This document shows positions 37,117-47,411 of a stretch of 64,000 bases of DNA, piece by piece. A model generated the notes under the pieces. That model was not told where the DNA came from. It ran no database searches and saw only the letters and a program-made list of their open reading frames with translations. How positions within the stretch are numbered: the stretch's first letter is position 1; each line of letters starts with the position of its first letter. Source of the stretch: an uncultured Syntrophaceae bacterium (GTDB lineage Bacteria; Desulfobacterota; Syntrophia; Syntrophales; UBA2210); the NCBI GenBank assembly GCA_964610735.1, contig CAZSYH010000006.1, forward strand, positions 666-64,665, in the 5' to 3' direction. The translations under genes were made by a program, and so were the position numbers.

Positions 37117-38151
37117 ATGAAGGTTATTGATCTGAGGAGTGATACAGTCACATTACCGACACAGGCTATGCGCGAAGCGATATATCATGCTGATTTTGGT
37201 GATGATGTATACGGGGAGGATACATCAACGAACCGTCTTGAGAAACTGGCGGCAGAAATGGTGGGTAAGGAGGCCGCGATTCTGGTCTCCAGCGGGACGA
37301 TGGGGAATCTGATATCTCTCCTTGTCCACTGCAGGCGAGGCGAGGAGATTATCCTTGGTGATCAGGCGCACATTTTTTATTACGAGGTCGGTGGTATGTC
37401 GGCCCTGGGAGGCATTGTTCCTCACACAGTTGCGAATCAGCGTGACGCTACGATGCGTCTTGAAGATATCGAAGCGGCGATTCGCGGCAACAATATACAC
37501 TATCCCCGTACCCGCCTGATCTGTCTGGAAAATACCCACAACCGCTGCAATGGCATGCCGATAACTGCGGAGTATACCAACTCTGTGAGGGAACTTGCCA
37601 ACCGATATGGAGTTGGGGTACACCTTGATGGCGCGCGCATATTCAATGCCGCCGTTGCTCTCGGGGTGCCTGTTACGGATTTGACTCGCAGTGTTGATTC
37701 TTTAAGCTTCTGTCTGTCGAAAGGCCTGTCGGCACCGGCGGGTTCCATGGTCTGCTCTTCCTCTGAATTTATTGCTGAGGCACGTCGGGTCAGAAAGATT
37801 CTGGGAGGAGGTATGCGTCAGACAGGCGTTATAGCGGCCGCGGGTATTGTGGCGCTTGAAGAGATGACGAAACACCTCGTCGATGACCACGCGAATGCGC
37901 GCCGTCTTGCCGTGGGAATTGCAGGCATTCCAGGATTAACGGTGGATCTTGATAATGTGCGCAGCAATATTCTTGTCTTTCACCTTGAAAAGAATGGTCT
38001 GACCGAAGATAATTTCATGGCTCGACTTGAAGAAAGAGGAGTAAAGATTCTCCCCCGGGGTTCTTGCCAGTTCAGGGCGGTCACTCATCACGGGATTACT
38101 GCAGAAGATATTGATCTGACATTGGAGATCCTGAAGGATGCTGTCGGGTAG
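37117..38151 (+). CDS. ltaE: Low-specificity L-threonine aldolase
   Basis: DLRSDTVT, SGTMGN, LENTHN, HLDGARIFNA and CLSKGLSAP (PLP Lys). Confidence 0.93.
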   Translation: MKVIDLRSDTVTLPTQAMREAIYHADFGDDVYGEDTSTNRLEKLAAEMVGKEAAILVSSGTMGNLISLLVHCRRGEEIILGDQAHIFYYEVGGMSALGGIVPHTVANQRDATMRLEDIEAAIRGNNIHYPRTRLICLENTHNRCNGMPITAEYTNSVRELANRYGVGVHLDGARIFNAAVALGVPVTDLTRSVDSLSFCLSKGLSAPAGSMVCSSSEFIAEARRVRKILGGGMRQTGVIAAAGIVALEEMTKHLVDDHANARRLAVGIAGIPGLTVDLDNVRSNILVFHLEKNGLTEDNFMARLEERGVKILPRGSCQFRAVTHHGITAEDIDLTLEILKDAVG

Positions 38152-38180
38152 GGGAGGGGAGACAGTACAGTTTACCTACC

Positions 38181-39398
38181 CTACATCTCGGAGATTCTGT
38201 CCATTGCGGTTTCAACATTCTCATAACTGTTGAAGGCGCTGAGACGGATATACCCTTCACCGCACGCGCCGAAACCGCTGCCTGGGGTGCATACAACGGC
38301 GGCCTTATCAAGAAGGATGTCAAAAAATTCCCAGGAATCCATTCCCGCTTTGACCCAGATGTAAGGTGAATTTTCACCTCCGGCACAGGTATATCCAAGC
38401 TCTGTCATCTTTTCGAGGATTAGAGAGGCATTCTTCAGGTAATAGTCCGTCAGTTCACGAACCTGCTTTTTCCCCTCATCCGAATAGACGGCCTGCGCGG
38501 CGCGTTGCACCGGGTAGGAAACGCCGTTGAATTTCGTGATATGCCTGCGGTTCCACAGGGAATGCAGATCATATTTATTCATCTGCGAGTCGCAGGCGAC
38601 GCATGATTTAGGTACTATGGCGTACGCGCAGCGTGTTCCCGTAAATCCCGCGGTCTTTGAGAAACTTCGAAACTCGATCGCCACTTCCTTGGCGCCTTCG
38701 ATTTCATAGATGCTCTTTGGTATGGATTCATCGCGAATAAAGGCTACATAGGCGGCATCGTACAGTATCAATGCCCTGTTTTCTCTTGCGTATTCGACCC
38801 ACTGCGAGAGTTGTTCCTTCGTGGCGGTTGCCCCCGTGGGATTGTTGGGGAAACAGAGATAGATCAGGTCAACCGGCTTATCCGGAATTGCCGGCACATA
38901 ATTGTTTGCCTCAGTGGCTTCGAGGTAAATCAGTCCCTCGTATCGCCCGTTGTTCCAGCGGCCGGTCCTGCCCGCCATGACGTTTGTGTCAACATATACG
39001 GGATACACAGGATCGGGCACAGCGATCTTCAGGTCGGGAGATAAGATCTCCAGGATGTTTCCGGTATCACATTTTGCCCCGTCACTTACGAACACCTCAT
39101 CCGGATTGATGTCCGCCCCGAACGCCTGAAAATCATTCTTCGCGACAGCATCGCGCAGAAACTCATACCCCTGTTCAGGACCATAGCCGCGGAAGGTGCT
39201 GTCGATTGACATCTCGTCAACGGCCTTGTGGAGGGCGTCTATACATGCCCCGGGCAGGGCGCGCGTCACATCACCGATTCCCAGCCTGATTATTTCTCTT
39301 TCGGGGTTCGAATCTGCAAAAGCTTTTACCCTTTTTGCGATGTCCGAAAAAAGGTAGGATGACTGGAGTTTCAGGTAATTTTCATTTATCTTTATCAT
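38181..39398 (-). CDS. dapL: LL-diaminopimelate aminotransferase
   Basis: [34 protein letters not shown] and [15 protein letters not shown]. Confidence 0.95.
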   Translation of the reverse strand: MIKINENYLKLQSSYLFSDIAKRVKAFADSNPEREIIRLGIGDVTRALPGACIDALHKAVDEMSIDSTFRGYGPEQGYEFLRDAVAKNDFQAFGADINPDEVFVSDGAKCDTGNILEILSPDLKIAVPDPVYPVYVDTNVMAGRTGRWNNGRYEGLIYLEATEANNYVPAIPDKPVDLIYLCFPNNPTGATATKEQLSQWVEYARENRALILYDAAYVAFIRDESIPKSIYEIEGAKEVAIEFRSFSKTAGFTGTRCAYAIVPKSCVACDSQMNKYDLHSLWNRRHITKFNGVSYPVQRAAQAVYSDEGKKQVRELTDYYLKNASLILEKMTELGYTCAGGENSPYIWVKAGMDSWEFFDILLDKAAVVCTPGSGFGACGEGYIRLSAFNSYENVETAMDRISEM

Positions 39399-39399
39399 A

Positions 39400-40356
39400 T
39401 TATATCCCTGATAATTTCTTTATTCTGTCAATGACAGGTTCGACCCCTGATAGCAGATCATCAAAAACCCCCTGCACGCTTTTGATTTCCTTTATCATCC
39501 CTGAGATCTGGCCGCTCATCACCGAGCCATCTTTTACATCACCATCTATAGATGCCATATGGGTCCTGTCCGGGCCTATTATAGCAAGTATCTCTTCGGG
39601 GGAGGCCCCCGCAGCCTCCGCGTCCAGGATTTCCTGAGAGAGCTTATTCTTTATCACCCTTACAGGATCGCCTAATTTCCTACCGGTAACAGTAGTATCT
39701 GTGTCCCCGGCATTAATGATGGCCTGCTTGAACCTTTCATGCACAGGAGATTCCTTCGTTGCAGCGAATCTCGTGCCCATCTGTATGCCCTCCGCCCCGA
39801 GGGCAAACGCGGCGACCATGCCCCTGGCGTCTGCAATACCACCTGCCGCGATAACCGGTATATCAACAGCGTCGACCACCTGTGGGATCAGGGCAAAAGT
39901 TGTAATCTCATCTTTTCCATCATGTCCACCTGCCTCAAAACCCTCGGCAACTACCATGTGATATCCAAGGTCCCGGGCCTTCTGTGCCATTCTTACATTT
40001 GCTATCACATGTATCGCGATGACCCCCGCGGATTCGAGCATCTTATATATCTTTGCGGGATTTCCGGCGGAGGTGACAACTACCTTGACCCCCCTGTCCA
40101 GTGCGGCGCCTATCATAGTCTCATAATCGGGTCTTATCAGGGGGAAACTTATACCGAAGGGTTTATCTGTCAGCGATTGGAGTTTGTCCAGTTCCGCGTT
40201 AAGAATCTCTATATCCATGGCCCCGATACCCATGACGCCGAGTCCTCCGGCATTGGATACGGCGGCTGTAAGCTCAGCGTTTGATACCCACACCATGCCT
40301 CCCTTTATAATGGGATATTTGATGCCCAGGATTTCGGTTACTCTCGTTTTTATCAT
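39400..40356 (-). CDS. FabK-like enoyl-ACP reductase / nitronate monooxygenase family flavoprotein
   Basis: [34 protein letters not shown] and QMGTRF. Confidence 0.85.
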   Translation of the reverse strand: MIKTRVTEILGIKYPIIKGGMVWVSNAELTAAVSNAGGLGVMGIGAMDIEILNAELDKLQSLTDKPFGISFPLIRPDYETMIGAALDRGVKVVVTSAGNPAKIYKMLESAGVIAIHVIANVRMAQKARDLGYHMVVAEGFEAGGHDGKDEITTFALIPQVVDAVDIPVIAAGGIADARGMVAAFALGAEGIQMGTRFAATKESPVHERFKQAIINAGDTDTTVTGRKLGDPVRVIKNKLSQEILDAEAAGASPEEILAIIGPDRTHMASIDGDVKDGSVMSGQISGMIKEIKSVQGVFDDLLSGVEPVIDRIKKLSGI

Positions 40357-40357
40357 A

Positions 40358-40843
40358 TCAAGCCTCCGTTATTTTCACGCTTTCCATTTTGTCGCCCTGC
40401 CGAATGGCGTCGACAACATCCCCGCCCTTTACCACTTTTCCAAAGACTGTATGATGTCCATCCAGGTGTGGCTGCGGTGAATGGGTGATGAAGAATTGAC
40501 TCCCATTTGTATTCGGTCCCGCGTTCGCCATCGAGATTACATGACTCTCATGCTTCAGGGGGTTTCCTTTTGTTTCGTCCTCAAACTGATAGCCCGGTCC
40601 CCCTCGTCCGGTGCCGGTTGGATCGCCTCCCTGGATCATGAAATCACTGATCACCCGGTGAAACAAAACTCCATCGTAAAACCCTTCCCGTGCCAGAAAA
40701 ACAAAGTTGTTAACGGTTTTGGGTGCATGCCGGGCGTACAGCTCCAGCTCAATGACACCTTTGTTAGTCTCCATTGTCATCCCGTAAACCTTCTCCGGAT
40801 CAATCTGCATTTCTGGCGGGTTATCCCACTGATTCGTAGCCAT
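40358..40843 (-). CDS. Cyclophilin-type peptidyl-prolyl isomerase
   Basis: [43 protein letters not shown] and HTVFG. Confidence 0.95.
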   Translation of the reverse strand: MATNQWDNPPEMQIDPEKVYGMTMETNKGVIELELYARHAPKTVNNFVFLAREGFYDGVLFHRVISDFMIQGGDPTGTGRGGPGYQFEDETKGNPLKHESHVISMANAGPNTNGSQFFITHSPQPHLDGHHTVFGKVVKGGDVVDAIRQGDKMESVKITEA

Positions 40844-41004
40844 ATGTTATTTTTCCTCCATGTTATTATTATTCGGACTGATATGTCCTGGCGGGATAAT
40901 CCCAGATAAGTCTGCTGCAGATTTGTCCGGCTCCCGTTTGTCAATAAAACACAAGCAACCTAACAGGAACCGAGACAAGAGTCAACATCATGAGACCTTG
41001 GAAC

Positions 41005-41685
41005 TTACCGTTTTTTCCCAGATACGCGATTATACCAGATACTATGCCTGCGCTTTGCATATTCCAAGTCGATCTTACCTGTAAAAATCCCCGGCAGCAT
41101 GGGCCAGTTCTCCTTGAAGATGAAGGCCCCAAGGTGAACCACGATCCCGATAATAATCAGGAAAGTGCCCAGGTTATGGGTCTGGGTAATCCAGAAGGTG
41201 AACCCTTCGGAAAAGTTGATATGCGGCAGGTTTTTAATCACCTTGAAAATACCAGTAAAGACCAGAAGCAACAGTGAAAAGCCGATAAACACATAAGCCA
41301 GACGCTGCTCGGCCAGGTATTTATCGTTTTCGGGTTCCTTTCCAAAACCGAAAACGGCCATAATGATCTGTGCCGACTGTTTCATATCGCCCCTGCGTGG
41401 CAGCATGTCGAAGTCCCTGCGCATTACATGGAAAACAATGTGATACATAATGGCAAATATCAGGACGGTCGCTGCCCAGTAGTGAATAGACAGGGTTATG
41501 GAATAATCGGAAACCCAGGACAGGCCGGGCAGTTGATCCAGCATGTAGCGCTTATACAGGGGCATTTGCCCTAATCCGCTGAAGATCAGGATAAATGTAG
41601 AGATTGCCACCGTCCAGTGTACAAAGAGGACAGAAAAGCCATGACGTTTGATCGTTTTCTTGTCCTTAGCGATCTTTTCAGTCAT
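41005..41685 (-). CDS. Cytochrome b subunit (FdnI/formate dehydrogenase gamma-like)
   Basis: Four TM helices with His ligands (FVHW, SIHY, QTHN, VVHL); KYLAEQRLAY. Confidence 0.85.
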   Translation of the reverse strand: MTEKIAKDKKTIKRHGFSVLFVHWTVAISTFILIFSGLGQMPLYKRYMLDQLPGLSWVSDYSITLSIHYWAATVLIFAIMYHIVFHVMRRDFDMLPRRGDMKQSAQIIMAVFGFGKEPENDKYLAEQRLAYVFIGFSLLLLVFTGIFKVIKNLPHINFSEGFTFWITQTHNLGTFLIIIGIVVHLGAFIFKENWPMLPGIFTGKIDLEYAKRRHSIWYNRVSGKKR

Positions 41686-42685
41686 CTTTTTCGCCTCCCT
41701 TCATCGTCCTATATGCGGCTCCCGCGGCGGCGGCAATGCCCGCGACAGGGGCTATTGCCATGCTCCAGGCTATACCGTTTGCGGTTTCTGTAAAATTCTC
41801 CACATTAACTGACATGCCCGGAAAACCGGGGGCCTTTGAATTAGGTTGAGCCGCTTTCTGTTTCATCAATTCAGCGTCAATCTTTTCAAAGGGCACAGGT
41901 GATACGTAAAAAGTGGATGTGCCGCTATTTTCCTTCTCGCCATAGATATAACCGTTAATTTCGGTTGCTCTCTTATGGGCCAATGCACGCATTTTTTCTT
42001 TCTCTCCAAAAATGATGGCATTGCGAGGACATAGTTCCACGCAGGCCGGTTCACGTCCTGATTTGACCCTGCTGTAGCATAGATCACATTTGTACATTAC
42101 ACCGCCACCGGCAAGCTTCGGCGCTATATCCAGATATATTCCGACCCCGGCCTGACGGGCCGGTATTTCCCAGGGACATACATCACGACACTTTGCCCCG
42201 CCAAAGCAGAGATCATGGTTGATGACAACAGGGCCTTCAGGCATCTTGTGTTGTACGCTGAAAGGGCAGACCTTTGCGCATGGCGGATTGTCACAGTGCA
42301 TGCAGCGCCGGGGAACTGACAGATCATATTTCTTGCCGCCGTGCTCTACATTTACATTTTGCACAAAGGTCCAGTTATACGGTGTCAGCCGGCTGGTTAA
42401 CCCCCTTTTTTTAGACCAGTCCTCTTTCTTCTTGTGTGGCCAGTAATTGAGTATGTCTTTTACAGGTTCAGGGAACCGTCCCTTGTTTTCTTCCCTGCAT
42501 GCGGTTACACAGGCTGGGGTATCCAGTCCTTTGCAACCGTCACACCTTGTCAAATCGATCATGGTACCAACTTGTGCAACATCGGACGCCACAGCATTCT
42601 TGCCAAAACCTGTTAGCGCAACACCACTCGCCACACCGGCCGCTGCAGACCGTTTTAAAAATTCTCTTCTTGAGAAATCAGACAT
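41678..42685 (-). CDS. Tat-exported 4Fe-4S dicluster protein (FdnH/HybA-like) with C-terminal TM anchor
   Basis: SRREFLK Tat motif; CDGC..C..C, CMHCDNPPCAKVCP, CFGGAKCRDVCP and CDLC..CVELCP. Confidence 0.88.
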   Translation of the reverse strand: MSDFSRREFLKRSAAAGVASGVALTGFGKNAVASDVAQVGTMIDLTRCDGCKGLDTPACVTACREENKGRFPEPVKDILNYWPHKKKEDWSKKRGLTSRLTPYNWTFVQNVNVEHGGKKYDLSVPRRCMHCDNPPCAKVCPFSVQHKMPEGPVVINHDLCFGGAKCRDVCPWEIPARQAGVGIYLDIAPKLAGGGVMYKCDLCYSRVKSGREPACVELCPRNAIIFGEKEKMRALAHKRATEINGYIYGEKENSGTSTFYVSPVPFEKIDAELMKQKAAQPNSKAPGFPGMSVNVENFTETANGIAWSMAIAPVAGIAAAAGAAYRTMKGGEKDD

Positions 42686-42806
42686 TTATTACGCTCCCCT
42701 CTTTTCGATAAAGAAAATATCGAACTGTTATTGAATATGCATATTAGAGCAGCTATAATTAAAGCGCCATTATTATTTGCTCTGAAAATATGGAAGCTAG
42801 GTCCTG

Positions 42807-43868
42807 TCACAGTCCCAGTGTAAAAAGAACAGTTCCGGTCGCAATTCCAAAGATAAGATTAAACACTTTAATAAGGATTGAATCCTTAATGCTATAGGAA
42901 AGCATCGGGAGCATTCCGTGTCCGTCTTGGACAAACGATGTCGTGAACAGTACGGAAAAGGGAACCAGCCCCTGAGCATACATCATCACGAATATCAGAT
43001 GGGGACCAGACTCAGGAATCATCCCGATCAAGGCACCAACCAGGAGCACCCATATCATATGCTCACGCACAAAAACTTCCAAATTCCAAGAACCTATGCC
43101 CCAGTGAACAAAAAGAAGAGCACCGAAAGTCCACAGGAAAACACGAAACATGTGCTTCTTTATTATATGATCCCATATATGGGAACTCAGATAATGCTCG
43201 GACGCAACCCCTGAAATATATAGAGAGCCCATAGATAAAAATACAAATGTGATGCGTTTCCAGTTCCAATCGGCCGGGCCCAATATCCCAGATATAAGCA
43301 GTGCCAGATAGGACCCTATAAGCGCGATGAGCAGGAAACGGGTGAAGGAAAGCTGCTGAAAATTTTTCAGCAGGTTCCCGAATCGAAAGATCTGGTTCAC
43401 TTTCTCCGGACTATTCACGCCGGGAAGGCATTCTTCGCAATCTGCCTCACTACAGGATTCACATGGAACAATTCCTGTAATTTTAATTATCCTGTCGCTT
43501 ATCCAGGCAAAGACGATTCCGGATATAAAGAGTAACCCAAAGAGCAATATCGCCGTGCCGGGGAACTGGGCAAGCATCACAAAGGCTTCATCCCCTGACG
43601 TGGCAATCATTCCCCCCACAATAGCGCCAAAAGATATCATTCCATGGACATAAAGCGTTACGTTCATAAAGGCGCCCAAGCAACCCGGGGTAGAACCAAG
43701 AAAGGAGGCCAGTGTATACTGTCGCCATTGGCCTCCCTGTAGAACGCTCGATGCTTTTCCTTTGGTGGCAATATTTATAAAATCTACCAAAAGCATCATT
43801 ACAAAGACGAAGAAGCTGATCATCAGAGAATGTTTAAAAACAGGCAGAATTTCCGTCAGACTTTCCAT
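42807..43868 (-). CDS. Putative metal(loid) transporter (ArsP_2 / putative manganese transporter family)
   Basis: LGSTPGCLGAF, IATSGDEAF, IPESGPHL and QDGHGMLP; Cys-rich central loop CESCSEADCEEC. Confidence 0.8.
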   Translation of the reverse strand: MESLTEILPVFKHSLMISFFVFVMMLLVDFINIATKGKASSVLQGGQWRQYTLASFLGSTPGCLGAFMNVTLYVHGMISFGAIVGGMIATSGDEAFVMLAQFPGTAILLFGLLFISGIVFAWISDRIIKITGIVPCESCSEADCEECLPGVNSPEKVNQIFRFGNLLKNFQQLSFTRFLLIALIGSYLALLISGILGPADWNWKRITFVFLSMGSLYISGVASEHYLSSHIWDHIIKKHMFRVFLWTFGALLFVHWGIGSWNLEVFVREHMIWVLLVGALIGMIPESGPHLIFVMMYAQGLVPFSVLFTTSFVQDGHGMLPMLSYSIKDSILIKVFNLIFGIATGTVLFTLGL

Positions 43869-44064
43869 TTTCTAGTCTTTCCAATAAAAGGTTTGAACCA
43901 TATTTACGAGAACAAGGGTTCAAGCTACGGTGATCATGCACACCACTAAATAAGCCACCAATTATCGTTTGACCCCCCCGATGGTTGGTGGCAACACTCA
44001 GCGTATCTATACAGGAATAATGAATCTTCTGTTTCCTTTTCTGTTGATTCAAATTACCAGGCAA

Positions 44065-44460
44065 TCATGATTTTAGAACTATATGCTTTCTCTTCTCTCC
44101 TTTATTCTTTTCTTCTACAATCCTCTTCATATTTTCGTTTACTAAATTGACGGCATCAACTATTTTGTCTGTTTTTACTACAACGCATACAAACTTACCT
44201 AATAGTCTTAAGATATTAGGCCCAAATTTTCTGCCAGCCATAACATCGATACCGTCCATGACAGAGGCTGTAGCCTTGGCCTTACCTGGGTCTCCATGTT
44301 TTAATGATTCATTTTCTTCGTATTTCACATTTTCCCGTGTCTCGACAAATTTTTCTCTGCCGTCAGAAAATTTGTAGATGTGAAAATACTTTGCCATTCC
44401 AAAATGATCGTCATTAAAATTTTCTCCATCATCTGTGCTAAAAGCAATAATTAAATCCAT
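44065..44460 (-). CDS. NifB/NifX-like dinitrogenase FeMo-cofactor-domain protein
   Basis: IAFSTDDG...HFGMAKYF...HGDPGKA...FGPN. Confidence 0.8.
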   Translation of the reverse strand: MDLIIAFSTDDGENFNDDHFGMAKYFHIYKFSDGREKFVETRENVKYEENESLKHGDPGKAKATASVMDGIDVMAGRKFGPNILRLLGKFVCVVVKTDKIVDAVNLVNENMKRIVEEKNKGEKRKHIVLKS

Positions 44461-44490
44461 ATATTATCTCCGTCTCCGTATTTTTGTGTA

Positions 44491-45540
44491 TTATTTAAAT
44501 TCATTGATCTTCTCCAGCAACATTGCCTCCGGCATGGCGCCGATGATATCTCCTACCTTATTGCCGTCCTTAAAGACGAGAAGGTTTGGTATGGACCGGA
44601 TATTGAATTTGGCCGAGGTGCCTGGATTGTTATCAACATCAAGTTTCCCGAATACGATATTGCCTTTTTGGCTCGAGGCCAGCTTTGCAATAACAGGACC
44701 TATCATCTTACAGGGTCCACACCATTCAGCCCAGCAGTCAACAACCAGAAACGGATATTTTGAAATCGCCTCATCCATGTTCCCATCAGTAATAACAACC
44801 GGATAATCAGGGTTAACTGATAAAAATTCTCTCAGTTTTTTCTCCTTTTCCTCTTTTTCCAATATCTCTTTTGCGCTGTTTGATCCGTAGCCTAGTACCT
44901 GATTAACAAATGTTTTCTCTTGCTGCACACCTATAGTGACAGACCCTTTTTCCTCATTGATAACCTGCTGGGGGACGGATGAAACATTGAACATTCTTGC
45001 CCTGTCCATCATCTCCTGGGCTTCTATGCATCGTGAAATTATCTTTCCACCGGACTCGATGGCAATCTGGTTAGAGAGGACAACCGCTTTCGGACAGTGT
45101 GGGCAAGCAGGTGTAACATATGTCTCTAACAGCATATCTCTGTCAATATTTTTCAGTTTTTCTCTGGAAGAAGGATCAAGGGCACTGTCCCCGCGTGAGA
45201 TCATAGAAATGGCTTCAATGAAAGAGCCTGCCTCATGTCCCGCGGGTGCTCCAAAATATTGAACTGGGTACCAGCCATTGCCATCACCAATAATAACGGT
45301 TGGAGAGACAGTTATACCCAGTTTTTTTGTCTCCTCTTCGTAAATACCATTAGAATCTACATGAATCTTACTGCTTATCTCTGATAACTCTTTCAAAAAT
45401 TCTTTCGTAAAATCGACATACTCACTGGTGTTATTTCCCGAAATAAGGGTGGCGGAAAACATTTTGATGTAGACATCATCTTTGAGCTCCGCGTCAAATT
45501 TTTCCCTGATCTGTTGTTTTGTTTCGTCGTTAAATATCAT
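44491..45540 (-). CDS. Protein disulfide oxidoreductase-like (two Trx folds) fused to C-terminal thioredoxin
   Basis: YFGAPAGHE and VTPACPHCP, then VDCWAEWCGPCKM...IRSIP. Confidence 0.85.
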   Translation of the reverse strand: MIFNDETKQQIREKFDAELKDDVYIKMFSATLISGNNTSEYVDFTKEFLKELSEISSKIHVDSNGIYEEETKKLGITVSPTVIIGDGNGWYPVQYFGAPAGHEAGSFIEAISMISRGDSALDPSSREKLKNIDRDMLLETYVTPACPHCPKAVVLSNQIAIESGGKIISRCIEAQEMMDRARMFNVSSVPQQVINEEKGSVTIGVQQEKTFVNQVLGYGSNSAKEILEKEEKEKKLREFLSVNPDYPVVITDGNMDEAISKYPFLVVDCWAEWCGPCKMIGPVIAKLASSQKGNIVFGKLDVDNNPGTSAKFNIRSIPNLLVFKDGNKVGDIIGAMPEAMLLEKINEFK

Positions 45541-45630
45541 TTTTCTTCTCCTTTTTTACTCGCCTGTCCGGCTTGTGTTATTATAATAAGATATTTCCTT
45601 TTATCTTAAAAAGCCGGCAATTTTTCATAA

Positions 45631-45659
45631 TTGACAATGCCCATAATCTCATCTACATT
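45631..45659 (+). promoter_or_regulatory. Putative sigma70 promoter toward the methyltransferase gene
   Basis: TTGACA-17 bp-TACATT. Confidence 0.45.
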
Positions 45660-45669
45660 ATGGCTACAA

Positions 45670-45713
45670 TATATTCGATGATGCTAATATAGTATCAGTT
45701 TTTTTTTTGTCAA
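45670..45713 (-). promoter_or_regulatory. Putative sigma70 promoter of the thioredoxin operon with overlapping palindromic operator
   Basis: On the minus strand, TTGACA-16 bp-TATATT. The -10 is the left arm of TATATT-AGCATCATCG-AATATA. Confidence 0.5.
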
Positions 45714-45825
45714 ACACAAAGTGGGAATGAGATCATGGTCAGGGACAGGTATGGATTGCGGAGAAATTGTAAATCGGGATAAGGTCGATATCACCTTCAT
45801 ATACCTTACCCGGAAAGGGGGCTTT

Positions 45826-46473
45826 ATGGGAAAATTATATAAAGATTCAAGAGTTGAATTAACAGAGTTTACCGCGGCGCACTATGATTCTATCATGAAT
45901 TTGATGAGCCTTGGTTACTATGCTCATTTTATAGAAAAAGCGGTTTCCCTGATGCGCATACAGCCGGAAGATAAAATTATTGACCTGGGATGTGGCACAG
46001 GAAGGAATGCTTGCCTGATGACATCATATCTTTCTGAAAAAGGCAAATTATTGGGAATGGATATCTCTGATGAGATGGAAAAACAGTTTCGCTCCCGCTT
46101 AAAAGAATTCACAAATGTTTCTTTCCTCAAGCAGCGAATTGACCAGCCGTTTGAACTTACAGGGACTTTTGATAAGGCATTTATCTCATTTGTTATACAT
46201 GGATTTCCTCAAGAGGTAAGAGAAAAAACCATTAAAAATGTTGCTGATCATCTCAGGCCGGGGGGCAAATTTTTTATTCTGGATTATAACGAATTCTCAC
46301 TGCTGGATATGCCACTGTATATGCGCGCTCCTTTTAAAATCATGGAATGTCCACATGCGTTTGATTTCATAAAGAGGGACTGGAAGGGAATCCTCAGAGA
46401 TTTCGGGTTCCGCAGATTTCAGGAACACCTGTTCTTTTGGGATTACGTACGGCTCCTCGAAGCATCTTTATAA
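45826..46473 (+). CDS. Class I SAM-dependent methyltransferase
   Basis: IIDLGCGTG, GMDISDEM and LRPGGKFFILDY. Confidence 0.85.
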   Translation: MGKLYKDSRVELTEFTAAHYDSIMNLMSLGYYAHFIEKAVSLMRIQPEDKIIDLGCGTGRNACLMTSYLSEKGKLLGMDISDEMEKQFRSRLKEFTNVSFLKQRIDQPFELTGTFDKAFISFVIHGFPQEVREKTIKNVADHLRPGGKFFILDYNEFSLLDMPLYMRAPFKIMECPHAFDFIKRDWKGILRDFGFRRFQEHLFFWDYVRLLEASL

Positions 46474-46640
46474 GGTCTGTCCTTCAATTATGTCAAAAGA
46501 CTGTTCGTATCCCTCGTAAACATGCTGGAGAAAAGGTTTATATTGGGTTTTTTCGGGGAGACAAAAAAATGCGGAACCATAGCTGACCTGCGGGAACTGG
46601 ATTATTGAATACCGGGGAAACCTATATTGAGGAAAATATA

Positions 46641-47411
46641 ATGAAACTAATCAGTTGGAATGTCAACGGGATCAGGGCTATTGAGAAAAAGGGTTTTCTG
46701 GATTGGGTCTCTAAAGAATCTCCCGATGTGCTGTGCCTACAGGAGACCAAGGCGCATCCCGATCAGTTAAATGACAATCTGATTAACCCTGATAGATACG
46801 AAACCCATTGGGCCGCGGCTGAAAAAAAGGGTTATAGTGGGGTATCGGTTTTTACCCGGATCAAGCCGGTTTCGGTCAAAACGAGTTTCGGAGCCGGGGA
46901 ATTTGATCTGGAGGGGCGTAATCTTGTTGTCGATTACGGGGATTTTGTTTTATTTAACATCTATTTTCCCAACGGCGGAAACCAAAACAAAAGGGTTCCT
47001 TTTAAGATGGATTTTTATGACGCATTCCTCAAGGCGATTGAAGCCGTGCGGAAAAAAGGACGGAGTATTGTCATCTGCGGGGATGTTAATACCGCCCATG
47101 AAGAGATTGATTTGTCCCGTCCCAGAGAGAACAGTAAAAACACGGGATTCCTCCCCGAGGAACGGGCATGGATCACCAAACTCCTGGGCAAAGGATATGT
47201 AGATACCTTCCGCCACTTAAATCCCAACCCGGGGCATTATAGCTGGTGGGACTACAAAACACGGGCGCGCGAAAGAAATGTCGGCTGGAGGATTGATTAT
47301 TTTTTTATCAGCAGGGACCTTTTGCCGCGGCTTCAGAGCGCGTTCATCCTCAAGGATGTCATGGGCTCGGATCACTGCCCCGTCGGGATTGAACTGAAAG
47401 AGGTATCATAA
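46641..47411 (+). CDS. xth: Exodeoxyribonuclease III
   Basis: SWNVNGIRA, CLQETK, GYSGV, YFPNG, GDVNTAH, GWRIDY and GSDHCP. Confidence 0.95.
   Translation: MKLISWNVNGIRAIEKKGFLDWVSKESPDVLCLQETKAHPDQLNDNLINPDRYETHWAAAEKKGYSGVSVFTRIKPVSVKTSFGAGEFDLEGRNLVVDYGDFVLFNIYFPNGGNQNKRVPFKMDFYDAFLKAIEAVRKKGRSIVICGDVNTAHEEIDLSRPRENSKNTGFLPEERAWITKLLGKGYVDTFRHLNPNPGHYSWWDYKTRARERNVGWRIDYFFISRDLLPRLQSAFILKDVMGSDHCPVGIELKEVS

Noticed and set aside
41005-45540. Selenoproteins / stop-codon readthrough in the redox block
   Set aside because: The ORFs are full length with ordinary Cys motifs; no in-frame TGA at a Cys-equivalent position was found.
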